64,000 nt of DNA from contig JBBRLQ010000034.1 of the NCBI GenBank assembly GCA_038231275.1, positions 1 to 64,000 of the forward strand, given 5' to 3'. The notes under the pieces were generated by a model, which made no database searches, was not told the DNA's origin, and saw nothing but the letters and a program-made list of their open reading frames with translations. Source of the stretch: Polyangiales bacterium. GTDB lineage: Bacteria > Myxococcota_A > Polyangia > Polyangiales > Polyangiaceae. Numbering within the stretch: the stretch's first letter is position 1; each line of letters opens with the position of its first letter. Position numbers and translations under genes: made by a program. This document shows, piece by piece, positions 28,267-37,715 of this stretch.

Positions 28267-29562
28267 ATGATTCGTGGCGAAGAGAAGCGACTGAGGCGTG
28301 CCTTCCGCTCCATCCTCCTGCTCTCCGTGAGCGCACCCGCCGCCGCGCTTTACGCGTGCAGCTCCTCGTCCGGCGGCGACGCGCCCGGCAGCGACGCGAG
28401 CGCGCAGGGGGACACCACGACGAGCAGCTCGGGTTCGTCGGGTTCGTCCGGTTCGTCGGGCTCTTCCGGGACGTCGGGGACGTCGGGCTCTTCCGGGACG
28501 TCGGGCTCTTCCGGGACGTCGGGCTCTTCCGGGACGTCGGGCAGCTCGGGTTCGTCGGGTTCGTCGGGCAGCTCGGGTTCGTCGGGCTCCTCCGGAAACA
28601 CCGACTCCGGCGTGCCGATCTGCGCAGAGGGCGCGGACGCCGCGCACCCGCAGATCGACGGTTCCTCGTACCTCGACGCGAGCGATGACGGAGCATGCGA
28701 CTACTTCTTCCGCTACACCGGGTGCGCGCCGTTCAACGTCGTGCCGACGGGCAACGGGTGCTACTTCGGCCTCTCGCAGTGCGCGGCCATCTGTGGCTTC
28801 CCGACGAACGCCGGCTGCTTCGTCACGAACGACAACTGCACGCAGATCGACGGCGGGCCGAACCACATCATCAACCCGGCCACCGTAACGATCGACTGCA
28901 CGAAGTGCCTGGGCGGCCGTCGCCCGGAACAGATGGACGCCTTCGCGCGGGCCGGACGAGGCGGCGACGAGATCGGCGCATGGTTCGCGGAGCTCGCGCA
29001 CCTCGAAGGCGCGTCGATCGCGGCGTTCCGTACGCTCCGCGCCGAGCTCCTTGCCCACGGCGCCCCGCGCGAGCTCGTCCAGATGGCCGAGCGCTCGGCG
29101 AAGGACGAGGTCCGACACACGCGCGTGACCGCTCGCATCGCCCGCAAATTCGGGGCGACACCGCAGCTGGCCAAGGTGCGAAGGGGCGCGGTTCGATCGC
29201 TCGAAGCGCTCGCGATCGAGAACGCGGCGGAGGGCTGCGTGCGCGAGACGTTCGGCGCGCTCCTGGCGGCGCACCAAGCCGAGCACGCGGCCGATCCCGA
29301 GATTCGGGCCGAAATGGCGACGATCGCGGACGACGAGACGCGTCACGCCGCGCTGGCGTGGGCCGTGGCAGAGTGGGCGTCCGCTCGCCTCGACGCCGCT
29401 GGACGCGCGCGAGTCGCGGAGGCGAAGGCGAAGGCGGTCGACGCGCTGCGCGCCGAGATCGAGGCCGAGACGCCGGCGTCGCTCGTCGCCACCGCGGGGC
29501 TCCCCACGGCCGCTTCTGCGCGGGCGCTCCTCGACGGCGCGGCGCGGCGTCTCTGGAGCTGA
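28267..29562 (+). CDS. Myxobacterial ferritin-like domain lipoprotein
   Basis: Lipobox LYAC, SG linker, Cys-rich region, LEGASIAAF, DEVRH, EGCVRE, DETRH di-iron-type motifs. Confidence 0.85.
   Translation: MIRGEEKRLRRAFRSILLLSVSAPAAALYACSSSSGGDAPGSDASAQGDTTTSSSGSSGSSGSSGSSGTSGTSGSSGTSGSSGTSGSSGTSGSSGSSGSSGSSGSSGSSGNTDSGVPICAEGADAAHPQIDGSSYLDASDDGACDYFFRYTGCAPFNVVPTGNGCYFGLSQCAAICGFPTNAGCFVTNDNCTQIDGGPNHIINPATVTIDCTKCLGGRRPEQMDAFARAGRGGDEIGAWFAELAHLEGASIAAFRTLRAELLAHGAPRELVQMAERSAKDEVRHTRVTARIARKFGATPQLAKVRRGAVRSLEALAIENAAEGCVRETFGALLAAHQAEHAADPEIRAEMATIADDETRHAALAWAVAEWASARLDAAGRARVAEAKAKAVDALRAEIEAETPASLVATAGLPTAASARALLDGAARRLWS
28425..28596 (+). repeat. 9/18-bp tandem repeat encoding an (SGS/SGT)n linker
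   Basis: Repeated tcgggttcg and tcgggctcttccgggacg units. Confidence 0.85.
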
Positions 29563-29563
29563 A

Positions 29564-30802
29564 ACGCCCGCCCTCCGTCTCGGTCTGCGCGCGAACCTCG
29601 CGCAGTTTTCCCTGCTCGTCGTCGTCAACGCGTTCGTCGGCGCGATGGTCGGGATGGAGCGGAGCATCCTCCCGGCCCTCGCCGAGCACGACTTCCATCT
29701 CGCCGCGCGCGCCGCGGTGCTCTCGTTCATCGTCGTCTTCGGCGTCACGAAGGCGCTGACCAACTACCTCGCGGGCCGACTCTCCGACCGCTTCGGTCGC
29801 AAGCATGTGCTCGTCGGCGGGTGGCTCGTGGCCGCGCCGGTTCCGTTCCTCTTGATGTGGGCGCCGAGCTGGTCGTGGGTGCTCTTCGCGAACGTGCTGC
29901 TCGGCGTCAGCCAGGGGCTCACGTGGTCCACGACCGTGATCATGAAGATCGATCTCGCCGGCGCGAAGAATCGCGGGCTCGCGATGGGATTGAACGAGTT
30001 CGCCGGCTACCTCGCCGTCGCGGCCTCGGCGCTCGCGACCGGCGTAGTCGCGGCGCGCTACGGTCTGCGGCCCTATCCGTTCGCGCTCGGCGTCGCGTTC
30101 GTCGCGATCGGGCTCGCGCTCTCGGCACTCGCCGTTCGTGAGACGAAGCACCACGTCGCGCAGGAAACCAAGGAGCACGGTGAGCTCCCGCCGCAGGGAA
30201 GCCCCACGCAGCGCGAGATCTTCTGGCGGACGACGCTCTTCGATCGGAACCTGTCGAGCGTCAGCCAGGCCGGCCTCGTCAACAACCTGAACGACGGAAT
30301 GGCGTGGGGGCTCTTCCCGCTCGTCTTCGCCGCCGCGCGCGTGCCACTCGCCGATATCGGAGTGCTCGCCGCCATCTACCCGGCCACGTGGGGCATCGGT
30401 CAGCTCGTCACGGGCGCTTTGTCCGATCGCCTCGGGCGCAAGTGGCTCATCGCCTCCGGGATGTGGGTCCAGGCGGCGGGCATCGTGGTGGTGATCCACT
30501 CGGCCGGCTTCGCAGGCTTCGCGACGGGCGGCGCGCTGCTCGGGGTCGGCACCGCGATGGTGTACCCGACCTTGCTCGCCGCGATCGGCGACGTCGCCCA
30601 TCCTTCGTGGCGCGCGTCGTCGGTCGGCGTATATCGCCTGTGGCGGGACCTCGGCTACGCCTTCGGTGCGGTAATCGCCGGCGTGACTGCGGACGCGATG
30701 GGGTTGCCGTCGGCGATGTGGCTGGTCGCGGCGATCACGTTCGGCTCGGGGATAGTCGTCGCGGCGCGAATGACCGAAACGCTCGTGCGACGCGCGGAGT
30801 AA
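29564..30802 (+). CDS. MFS transporter (first ATG at 29645; family-like sequence extends upstream)
   Basis: GRLSDRFGRK and GALSDRLGRK motif A, about 12 TMs; in-frame LRLGLRANLAQFSLLVVVNAFVGA precedes the ATG. Confidence 0.88.
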   Translation, partial: TPALRLGLRANLAQFSLLVVVNAFVGAMVGMERSILPALAEHDFHLAARAAVLSFIVVFGVTKALTNYLAGRLSDRFGRKHVLVGGWLVAAPVPFLLMWAPSWSWVLFANVLLGVSQGLTWSTTVIMKIDLAGAKNRGLAMGLNEFAGYLAVAASALATGVVAARYGLRPYPFALGVAFVAIGLALSALAVRETKHHVAQETKEHGELPPQGSPTQREIFWRTTLFDRNLSSVSQAGLVNNLNDGMAWGLFPLVFAAARVPLADIGVLAAIYPATWGIGQLVTGALSDRLGRKWLIASGMWVQAAGIVVVIHSAGFAGFATGGALLGVGTAMVYPTLLAAIGDVAHPSWRASSVGVYRLWRDLGYAFGAVIAGVTADAMGLPSAMWLVAAITFGSGIVVAARMTETLVRRAE

Positions 30803-30833
30803 CCGTCCGGCACGTGGCCTCCGACGAGGCGCT

Positions 30834-31175
30834 TCATTGGGGGCAGCTCCACGCGGCGTGACCGGCGTCCGCGTCGAGCAAGCAGACGCACCTTCCCAAA
30901 TTCGAGCAGTCCGCCGCGGCGAAGTAGGCGGCGCAGCCGAGGGGGTAACCGGCGTCCGCGGGGATGTGCCCGGCCCAACCGCTCGCGTTCGGATCGGCCA
31001 GACACGACGTAGGCGACGCTACCGGCGCGCCTGCGTCGCAGGCGAGCTGCGGTTCGGAGGTGCACGCCGGCGGCCCCGAGTCGACCTGCGCCGCCGGAGT
31101 GAGCGTTGCGGTCGAACAGCCGATCGCAGATGCGAGAGAAGTGATGGTCAACACCACGAGAAATGAGCGAGTCAT
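30834..31175 (-). CDS. Small Cys-rich lipoprotein
   Basis: Lipobox AIGC, multiple Cys; ATGA overlap with the USP gene. Confidence 0.65.
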   Translation of the reverse strand: MTRSFLVVLTITSLASAIGCSTATLTPAAQVDSGPPACTSEPQLACDAGAPVASPTSCLADPNASGWAGHIPADAGYPLGCAAYFAAADCSNLGRCVCLLDADAGHAAWSCPQ

Positions 31176-31648
31176 GTTCCCCCCTTCGGCCGAAACGCCA
31201 CGACGTTCCCCGGCGCTTGCTCACGGTTGTGGACCACGAACACGTGGCACTGGGCCAGGTTCGCGACCTTCGCCGCGGTCGTGCCGAGCACCCGATCGAG
31301 CCCGTGGTAGCCGTGACTGCCGAGCACGATCAGGTCCGCGTCCAGCTCGGCGGCCACCGCGATGATCGCGCGCCACGGCTGGCCGACTCGCACGAGCGGT
31401 GGGGCCACGTCGACCTCCATCAGCCCGTCGATGAAGGTCTGCAGGTCCTGGATCGCGAGCCGTTCGAGGTGCGCCGGCAGCGGATCGCTCGCCTCGACGT
31501 GCGCGGCGGCGGGGAACTCTTGGGCGAACGGGATGACCCTCACCACCCAGATCCGCGCGGCGAAGCGGCGCGCGACCTCGGACGCCGCGTCGAACACTCC
31601 GCGCGCGCGCTCCGACGCGTCGAGCGCCACGACGATCCTGCGTATCAT
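31172..31648 (-). CDS. Universal stress protein
   Basis: RIVVALDAS, ADLIVLGSHG..GL.RVLGTTAAKV...C.VFVV. Confidence 0.9.
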   Translation of the reverse strand: MIRRIVVALDASERARGVFDAASEVARRFAARIWVVRVIPFAQEFPAAAHVEASDPLPAHLERLAIQDLQTFIDGLMEVDVAPPLVRVGQPWRAIIAVAAELDADLIVLGSHGYHGLDRVLGTTAAKVANLAQCHVFVVHNREQAPGNVVAFRPKGGT

Positions 31649-34600
31649 TGGAGGACCTCCTCGAGCGGCCCGCGCAAGCTCGGGCTCGCTTCGGCGTCCT
31701 CCTGAGGGCCGACCTTGGCGAAGAAGAGGAACATCACCGGCACGAGGAAGAGCGAGAGCACGGTGGACGACGTGAGGCCGCCGACCACCGCGAGCGCGAG
31801 GGGCTGGTTCGCCTCGGACCCATGCTCGAGCCCCATCGCCGTCGGAATGAGGCCGATGATGGTCGCGAGGCTCGTCATCGCGATCGGCACGAAGCGAGAG
31901 CGCGCCGCTGCGACGATCGCCTCCGCCTTGCTCGCCCCCGCGATGAGCCGCCGGTTCGCGTCGTCGACCAGCAGGATGCCGTTGGAGACCGCGATCCCAA
32001 TCACCATCAGGATGCCCATCAGCGCCGTGATCGAGAACCCCTGACCCGCCGCCATCAGCGCGAGGACGATGCCGACGAGCGACACCGGGATCGTGAAGAG
32101 CATGACGAACGGCAGGCGCACCGACTTGAACTGCGACGCCATGATCATGAAGACGACCATCACCGCGAGGCCGAGCGCGACGCCGAGGCCGGAGAACGTC
32201 GACCGCATCAGCTGCACTTGGCCGACGAAGTTGAAGTGGATGCTCCGCGTGCGCGGATCGGCCTCGAGCGCCTTCTCCAGGTCGGCGGCGACGGAGCCGA
32301 TGTCGCGCCCCTCGGTCTGCATGAACACGTGCGCCGCGCGCTGGAGCTGGTTTCGCTCGACGCCGATGGGCCCGACGGACCGCCGCACGTCGCCATAGGC
32401 GCCGAGGCGAATCGCCTTGCCGTTGTCGCCGATCCGCACCGGCAGCTGCGCCAGCGCGTTGAGGTCGGGCACCTGCGCGCCATCGTACTGAGTGACCACG
32501 TAATAGGACTGCCCGTTGTTCGGGTCGATCCACACGCTCGGCGTGTTGATGTTGCCGAGCGTGGCCTCCAGCGTCGTTTGCGCCGCGTCCCTCGCGGAGA
32601 CGCCCACCAGCCCCGCCTTCTGACGGTCGGTCTCGACGCGGATCTCCGGGTAGCTCATCTGGAGCGAGGGCCGAACGTCCCGCACGCCAGGCACCGTTCG
32701 CGCGACCTCGGCGACGGCCTTGGCCTGCGCGTCGAGCTCGTCCAAGTTGTCGCCGCGCACCTCCACGACGACCGGCGCGATGTAGCCGTTCGCGAACACG
32801 CTGGCGACGAGTCCGCCTGGCCACTGCAAGAACTCGACGCCGGGGTAGTGCCGATTCAAGATCCCGCGGATTTGGTCGGCGAGCTGCCGCTGCGAGAGCT
32901 TGCGCTTGTCCGGGTCCACGAGCGCGAGGCGAATGAACCCCATGTGGGGCCCCCAGTTGGGGCTCGTCATGGCGCTACGGGCGTTGTTGGGGGAGCCCAC
33001 GTTCGTGAGGACGAGCGTGACGGTGTCTTTGGGCAGCTCCATCTCGAGCGTGTGGCCCATTTCGTTGATGCGACGCGACGACTCCTCGAGCGATGTGCCG
33101 GGGGCGACGCGTACGTAGATGCGCTCCATCGACTCGTCGATTTCGGGAAAGAACGTGCTCGGCAGCCGTGCTGCCGTCCACCCGCTCGCTGCGACCAGCA
33201 CGACCGACGCGGCGAGGACAGCGAAGCGAAACGGAAGGACGAGCCGGAGCGTGCTCGCGTAGCGCTCCGCGAGCCAGTCGATCGCTTGCTCGACGCGCTT
33301 GCCGATGGGGCCGTGCTCCGAGTGGACCAAGAAGTAACGGCACGCGACCGGCGTGACACAAATGCTGACGAAATACGACGCGATCATCGCCACCGCGACC
33401 GTCAGCGCAAGCGGGGCGAAGAGCTTCTTCGCGAGGCCGGTGAGGAGCAGCACCGGGAGGAGCACGGCGATCGTCGTGAGCGTCGACGCCAAGACAGGGA
33501 GAGCGACCGCGTTGGTACCCTCCAGCGCCGCCTTGAAGCGGCCGTGCCCCATGCGCTGGTGTCGGTGGATCGACTCGAGCACGACGACCGCGTCGTCGAC
33601 CAAGCGCCCCATCGCGAGCGTGAGGCCGCCGAGCGTGAACGCGTTCAGCGTCTGCCCCGACGCGTAGAGCACGATCAGCGTGATCGCGAACGACAGGGGG
33701 ATGGCGACCGCGACGATGACGGTCCCGCGAAGGCTCTGCAGGAAGATCAGGATGACGATCGCGATGAGCCCCAGCGCTTGGACCAGCTCTCGCCGCAGCC
33801 CTTCGTAGCTTGTGCGAACGAACGTGGATTGATCGAAGACGGGTACGACGCGGAGTCCCGGCGGCAGGTCCTTCAAGTTGCCGACCGCCTTCTTTACGGA
33901 GTCGACGATTTCGAGCGTGTTGCCGCCGGGAACGCGCAGCACATTGAGGTACACGGCGTTCTGCCCGCCGACCGCCACGGCCTGCGTCTCGGGGACCCCG
34001 CCGTCGTCGACGCGCGCGACGTCGCGTATGAGGACCGCCGCCCCGCCGTGTGTCTTGATGACCGCGTCTCCGATGGACTTGACGCGCTGTGGCACGGCGT
34101 TCGTGTAGACGTTGGCGTCGAAGCGCGGCGAAATGAACTCGCCCGATGGAAGCAGCGCGTTGCTCTGATGCACGGCGTTGGCGACGTCGGTCGAGGTGAT
34201 GCCGCGTGCCTGCGCCTTCACCGGGTCGACGACGACGTTGATCTGCCGCTGCCGCCCTCCATTGATCGACGCGCTCGCGACCCCGGGGATTCCCTCGAGG
34301 ACGGGCTCGATGGTGTTGAGCGCGTAGTCGTAGAGCTGCGGACCCGACAAGCCGCCGCCGGTCACGGCGACCTGCACGACCGGCGCGTTCGACGGATCGT
34401 ACTGGAGCACGAAGGGTGGCAGGACGCCGAGCGACTTGGGCACCGCGCTCATCGCGAACGCCACCTGCTGCTGGACGAGCGTCTGCGCGGCGTTGAGATC
34501 GGTGCCCCATTTGAGCCACACGTAGACGATGGACAGGTTGTTTCGCGACGTGCTCTCGACGTGCTCGACGCCCGGCGTCGCGCTCACGTACTTCTCGATG

Positions 34601-34791
34601 CGCCACGTGAGCGTCTTCTCGACGTCCTTGGGGCCGAGCCCCGGTGCCATCGTGCCGACGACGAGCACCGGCGGCGTGAGCTCGGGGAACGTGTCGACGC
34701 TCATGCGCGGTGTCACGACGCCGGCGAACACCATCATCGCGATGCAGAGCATCAGCACCGCGATGGGGTTGCGGAGTGAGAGGCCGGTCAT
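31645..34791 (-). CDS. RND efflux permease (AcrB/AcrD/AcrF family)
   Basis: 1048 aa; GRLVDDAVVVLE, GIAVSNGILLVD, RFVPIAMTSLATIIGLIP. Confidence 0.95.
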   Translation of the reverse strand: MTGLSLRNPIAVLMLCIAMMVFAGVVTPRMSVDTFPELTPPVLVVGTMAPGLGPKDVEKTLTWRIEKYVSATPGVEHVESTSRNNLSIVYVWLKWGTDLNAAQTLVQQQVAFAMSAVPKSLGVLPPFVLQYDPSNAPVVQVAVTGGGLSGPQLYDYALNTIEPVLEGIPGVASASINGGRQRQINVVVDPVKAQARGITSTDVANAVHQSNALLPSGEFISPRFDANVYTNAVPQRVKSIGDAVIKTHGGAAVLIRDVARVDDGGVPETQAVAVGGQNAVYLNVLRVPGGNTLEIVDSVKKAVGNLKDLPPGLRVVPVFDQSTFVRTSYEGLRRELVQALGLIAIVILIFLQSLRGTVIVAVAIPLSFAITLIVLYASGQTLNAFTLGGLTLAMGRLVDDAVVVLESIHRHQRMGHGRFKAALEGTNAVALPVLASTLTTIAVLLPVLLLTGLAKKLFAPLALTVAVAMIASYFVSICVTPVACRYFLVHSEHGPIGKRVEQAIDWLAERYASTLRLVLPFRFAVLAASVVLVAASGWTAARLPSTFFPEIDESMERIYVRVAPGTSLEESSRRINEMGHTLEMELPKDTVTLVLTNVGSPNNARSAMTSPNWGPHMGFIRLALVDPDKRKLSQRQLADQIRGILNRHYPGVEFLQWPGGLVASVFANGYIAPVVVEVRGDNLDELDAQAKAVAEVARTVPGVRDVRPSLQMSYPEIRVETDRQKAGLVGVSARDAAQTTLEATLGNINTPSVWIDPNNGQSYYVVTQYDGAQVPDLNALAQLPVRIGDNGKAIRLGAYGDVRRSVGPIGVERNQLQRAAHVFMQTEGRDIGSVAADLEKALEADPRTRSIHFNFVGQVQLMRSTFSGLGVALGLAVMVVFMIMASQFKSVRLPFVMLFTIPVSLVGIVLALMAAGQGFSITALMGILMVIGIAVSNGILLVDDANRRLIAGASKAEAIVAAARSRFVPIAMTSLATIIGLIPTAMGLEHGSEANQPLALAVVGGLTSSTVLSLFLVPVMFLFFAKVGPQEDAEASPSLRGPLEEVLQ

Positions 34792-36017
34792 TGTGGCCCC
34801 GCCTTGGGCTGCTCGGAGGGGTCAGGTGGCGCGGCCGAGGAGACCGACGGGATCGGCGCTTCGGCTTCCTTCGCGCTCACGCGGTCGCCGTCGGAGAGGA
34901 GCGCGCGCCCTTCCGTAACGACGCGGGCGCCTACCGCGAGCGCGGGATCGAGGAAGAGGCTCCCTCCCGACTCACCCTTCACCGCAAGCGTCCTGGAGTG
35001 GGCGATGTCGCCCTCGACGACGAAGACCGTAGCCTTCGCGCCGCGCAGCGTCGCCGCGTACAGGGGAATCTCGGCCGCTGCGACGGGCTCGCCGACGGAG
35101 ATGCGAACCTCGCCGGTCGTGCCGACGGGGATTTCGCGCTTCGGATCGAGGATGTCGATCTCGAAGTGTACGGTGCGAGTCGTCAGATCGGCGGCGGGCG
35201 TGCGGCGCGTGATCACGCCGGCGAGCTCCTTGTTCGTGGCGAAGACACGGAGGGTGACCTTGGTGGTCGGCGAGACGACGTCGAAGTCGGTCTCGGGAGC
35301 GTCGGCGGTGAGTCGAATCGTGCTCCTGTCGATGACGCTGACGATGGACGCGCCTGGTCGCACGAAGGCGCCAGGGTCGATCGCGCGCCGCGAGACCTCG
35401 CCGTCGAACGGAGAGCGCAAGATGCAGTCGTTCACCTCGAGGACGGTCGACGAGAGCTTGGCCTTCGTCGCCTCGAGCTCGGCCAGCCCCGCCGCGCTCT
35501 GCGCGCTTTTCTGCTCGGCCTCGTTGGGCGATACGAATCCGCCGTCGAGCAGGCCCTGCGTACGCGCGGACTCGTTCGCGAGCGCTTTCTGGCGAGCGTC
35601 GATCGCGCGCGCCTGGCTGGCGACGGCTTGCTGCGCGGCGCCGGCGTTGCGGCAGTCGAGCGTCGCGAGGACCTCGCCGCGCTTGACCACGGCGCCAGGG
35701 CGGACCAGCACGGTGTCCACGTACGCGGACACGAGCTGCGGCCCGATGCTCGCCTGCACCCAAGGCTCGAGCGTCCCGACGTACGTGCGCGAGGGGCGAA
35801 AGGTCGACGCTTTGGCGAGTACGACCGTGACCGGCTTGGCGCTCGACGAGAGCGCGACCTTGTTCGTCTTCGAGTCCGCACGGAACATCATGAACGCGCC
35901 GAGGGCGAGCACCGCGGCGACGGCGCCGCCGATGACGATGGGAACGATGGCGCGCCTCGGCGGCGGGATCGTAGGGTCGGTGTGCGCGGCCATTTCGTTC
36001 TCGGGGGCGACGGTCAC
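34788..36017 (-). CDS. RND membrane-fusion (periplasmic adaptor) protein
   Basis: N-terminal TM, V.PGAVVKRGEVLA.LD lipoyl half, LRSPFDGEV, TRTVHFEI; GTGA overlap with the TolC stop. Confidence 0.9.
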   Translation of the reverse strand: MTVAPENEMAAHTDPTIPPPRRAIVPIVIGGAVAAVLALGAFMMFRADSKTNKVALSSSAKPVTVVLAKASTFRPSRTYVGTLEPWVQASIGPQLVSAYVDTVLVRPGAVVKRGEVLATLDCRNAGAAQQAVASQARAIDARQKALANESARTQGLLDGGFVSPNEAEQKSAQSAAGLAELEATKAKLSSTVLEVNDCILRSPFDGEVSRRAIDPGAFVRPGASIVSVIDRSTIRLTADAPETDFDVVSPTTKVTLRVFATNKELAGVITRRTPAADLTTRTVHFEIDILDPKREIPVGTTGEVRISVGEPVAAAEIPLYAATLRGAKATVFVVEGDIAHSRTLAVKGESGGSLFLDPALAVGARVVTEGRALLSDGDRVSAKEAEAPIPSVSSAAPPDPSEQPKAGPQ

Positions 36018-37456
36018 TTGGTCAGTCCTTCCACGATCGCGCGCCCGAACGCCGCGCGCGCCCTGGCGAGCTCGAAGACTCCCAGGGCAAGTTGAATGTC
36101 GGCGGACGTACGCAGCGCCTCGGCGTCCGCCAGCTCGACGCTGGTGCCGAGGCCCGCCTTGAAGCGCGCGTCGGCTTGGCTGTAGTTCGCGATCGCCGCC
36201 TCGACGGATCGCTGGAGGCCCGGCAGCGCGTCGCGCGCGACGTTGACGGTCACGTACGCGCGCCCGATCGTCGCGCTCAGCTGCTGCCGCGCGACCTCGA
36301 TCTCTTCCTTGCGGACCTCCTCGCCGGCCCGCGCGGCGTCGCGGCGCGCGGCGATGACGCCGTCGAAGAACGGCCAGCTCAGGATCAGCCCCACACCCCA
36401 GTTGGGCACGCTCGGGAGGAGACCTGCGGCGTCCGCCCTGTCGCCGTTTCCCGACGGCGGCGCGCCGCCCGCCCGTCCGGTGAGGGTTCCACTGAGGAGA
36501 AGATCCGGGCGCATCTCCGCGCCGATCGCGCGCGTGCGCTCCTCCTGCGCCTTGAGCATTGCGATCGCCTCGAGCAGCTGCGGGTCGCGCGCCTTTGCCT
36601 GCGCCACCGCGTTCGCGAGCGCCGGCATTTCGGCGGGCGCGGGAGCGGGACCCGCGACGTCGAGGGACGGCTCCGTCGCCCCCACGGACGCTGCGAGGAC
36701 AGCACGCGCGATGGTGAGCCCGCCACTGGCGCGGATGCGGCCAATGTCGAACCGCTGCAGGTCGGCCTCGGCGCGCGTCAGCTCGATCGGGGAACGAAGT
36801 CCAGCCTGCACGCCTGCGCGCGCCAGGTCGCGGTGCACGGTCGCGCGCGTGAACGCGTCCTCCGACGACTTCAGGATCTCCTTGGCGGCGTGAACGGCGA
36901 AGAACGCCTCCTCGACGCCGAGCTCCACGTCGAGACGCTCGGCCTCGGCGTCGCGCTGCCGCACCTCGACGAGCGCGTCCGCGGCGGCCGTCTGCGCGGC
37001 GATGCGCCCGAAGTCGAAGAGCTGCTGGGTGAGCCCGACACCGACGAGCGTGGAAGCATAAGGTGAGAACGTGGCGTTGGCCGCCGACACCGATCGCGTG
37101 CCGCCGATGCGACTGATGTCCATCGACCCGGGGTTTACGTAGGTGCCGGTCGTGTTGTTCGCCGTCGCCGCGAAGATCTGCGCCGTCGCCCCCACCGTCG
37201 GCAGCCACTGCCCTCGCGGCACGTCGGCCTCCGCGCGTTCCCGTGTGACGCGTGCGAGCGCCGCGCGGATGAGCGGCTGGTGACCCCTCGCGTACGCGAG
37301 CGCCTCGGGCAACGTGACGGCGCGCGGTCCGGGTGCGGCCACCTCGGCCGTCTGTGCGAGAGCCCTCGGCTCCGCGCCAAAGAAGAAGGAGAAGAAGAAG
37401 AAGAGCAGGCCCACGGTTGTCAGCAGCGGACGGGGCAGCGCGTGGTGGAGCACCAT
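36014..37456 (-). CDS. TolC family outer-membrane efflux protein
   Basis: Signal peptide, LTQQLFDFGR, LSWPFFDG, ARFKAGLGTSVELADA. Confidence 0.92.
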   Translation of the reverse strand: MVLHHALPRPLLTTVGLLFFFFSFFFGAEPRALAQTAEVAAPGPRAVTLPEALAYARGHQPLIRAALARVTRERAEADVPRGQWLPTVGATAQIFAATANNTTGTYVNPGSMDISRIGGTRSVSAANATFSPYASTLVGVGLTQQLFDFGRIAAQTAAADALVEVRQRDAEAERLDVELGVEEAFFAVHAAKEILKSSEDAFTRATVHRDLARAGVQAGLRSPIELTRAEADLQRFDIGRIRASGGLTIARAVLAASVGATEPSLDVAGPAPAPAEMPALANAVAQAKARDPQLLEAIAMLKAQEERTRAIGAEMRPDLLLSGTLTGRAGGAPPSGNGDRADAAGLLPSVPNWGVGLILSWPFFDGVIAARRDAARAGEEVRKEEIEVARQQLSATIGRAYVTVNVARDALPGLQRSVEAAIANYSQADARFKAGLGTSVELADAEALRTSADIQLALGVFELARARAAFGRAIVEGLTK

Positions 37457-37471
37457 CGGTCTTCGCGCTTA

Positions 37472-37488
37472 CGCAGAAACCGTACCAG
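37472..37488 (-). promoter_or_regulatory. Putative sigma54 promoter of the efflux operon
   Basis: CTGGTACGGTTTCTGCG (GG-N10-GC). Confidence 0.65.
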
Positions 37489-37531
37489 CCAAATTCTCCC
37501 AAAAAACAGCGAATGCGGCGCCGCGAGGACG

Positions 37532-37569
37532 GGGAGAATTTCCCGGCGATCGGGAAAATTTCCCGATCG
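37532..37569. promoter_or_regulatory. Tandem palindromic enhancer (UAS) boxes
   Basis: GGGAGAATTTCCC (37532-44) and GGGAAAATTTCCC (37552-64), 20 bp apart; the second lies within the 23-bp palindrome 37547-37569. Confidence 0.65.
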
Positions 37570-37715
37570 GTGCGGGAGGGTTCGAGCTCCGAAACTTCGG
37601 AAACTCCCGCGTTCTTGCCGCGGTCCAAATGTTGCTGTTCGTTGCGCGCATGGACCTGACTCTGCACCATCCCCATGGACAGCAGGTCGCGACCAAGGCC
37701 ACCTTTCGCGTCAGC

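Noticed and set aside
28064..28270. Possible small ORF (MSTDRALSF...) in the pirin-ferritin spacer
   Set aside because: No RBS, motif or convincing codon bias; cannot be supported
28425..28596. Short tandem repeats as a possible CRISPR array or contingency locus
   Set aside because: In-frame 9/18-bp units without unique spacers, encoding a Ser/Gly linker; no cas genes
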